NCBI GenBank assembly: GCA_964455655.1
Contig: CAYVWZ010000003.1
Span: forward strand, 804 to 64,803
Length of the DNA: 64,000 bases
Direction: 5' to 3'
From: Candidatus Woesearchaeota archaeon
GTDB taxonomy: Archaea; Nanobdellota; Nanobdellia; SCGC-AAA011-G17; JACPNG01
A program made the position numbers and the translations under genes. Each line of letters begins with the position of its first letter. Position 1 is the stretch's first letter. Shown one piece after another: positions 63,906-64,000 of the stretch. The notes under the pieces were generated by a model. That model did no database searches. It was not told the DNA's origin and saw nothing but the letters and a program-made list of their open reading frames with translations.

Positions 63906-64000
63906 GTCATATTTTGTTTGGATTAATTATTGCTGAAGTATTTACGTTGAGAAAGAGTTTAGTTGTGTTTGGTGCTATTCTTCCTGATATATTGTTAAAG
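63890..64000 (+). CDS. membrane-bound metal-dependent hydrolase (YdjM/DUF457-like), N-terminal fragment running off the window
   Basis: Manual translation gives MPDWISHILFGLIIAEVFTLRKSLVVFGAILPDILLK. The D-W-x-S/T-H N-terminus is typical of DUF457. It overlaps the previous ORF by 16 nt. Confidence 0.35.
   Translation, partial: MPDWISHILFGLIIAEVFTLRKSLVVFGAILPDILLK

Overview
Dense archaeal chromosomal window, AT-rich by eye (GC not computed). It holds about 85 protein genes on both strands, 6 tRNAs, one SRP (7S) RNA and one clear gene remnant. I saw no rRNA, CRISPR array, transposase or integrase. Archaeal origin rests on a thermosome, an archaeal DnaG primase, SecDF, intron-containing tRNAs, TATA-like boxes and Shine-Dalgarno sites complementary to GATCACCTCC. 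Small genes, many Cys-rich secreted or anchored proteins and a form III RuBisCO/AMP pathway suggest a DPANN-type lineage; that is inference only. All functional calls come from motifs recognised by eye in the supplied translations; no database search was run. Main points: (1) A nucleotide-salvage 'pentose bisphosphate' set lies within about 14 kb: AMP phosphorylase, ribose-1,5-bisphosphate isomerase, catalytically intact RuBisCO and upp. Unassigned neighbours include an NP-I phosphorylase, an APH-fold kinase abutting rbcL and a HAD phosphatase. (2) The conserved RuBisCO N-terminus is encoded upstream of the first ATG, with no canonical start, behind a strong SD, and in the same frame as upp across a single TAA. 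(3) tRNA-Gly(GCC) carries a roughly 29-nt insert in the T-arm (non-canonical intron); tRNA-Gly(UCC) has a canonical 37/38 intron. (4) A FlaI/PilB-like protein consists only of the N-terminal domain and stops where the ATPase core should begin, next to a tRNA. (5) An OGFOD1/Tpa1-type 2OG oxygenase is split into two coupled ORFs. (6) Other items: a frameshifted guaA C-terminal remnant, a MacB-type ABC operon whose ATPase has a degenerate Walker A, a CuA-motif cupredoxin, a SecD with a tandem PDZ-like insert, several tandem paralog pairs, and a small Cys-rich ORF behind a perfect 10-nt SD.
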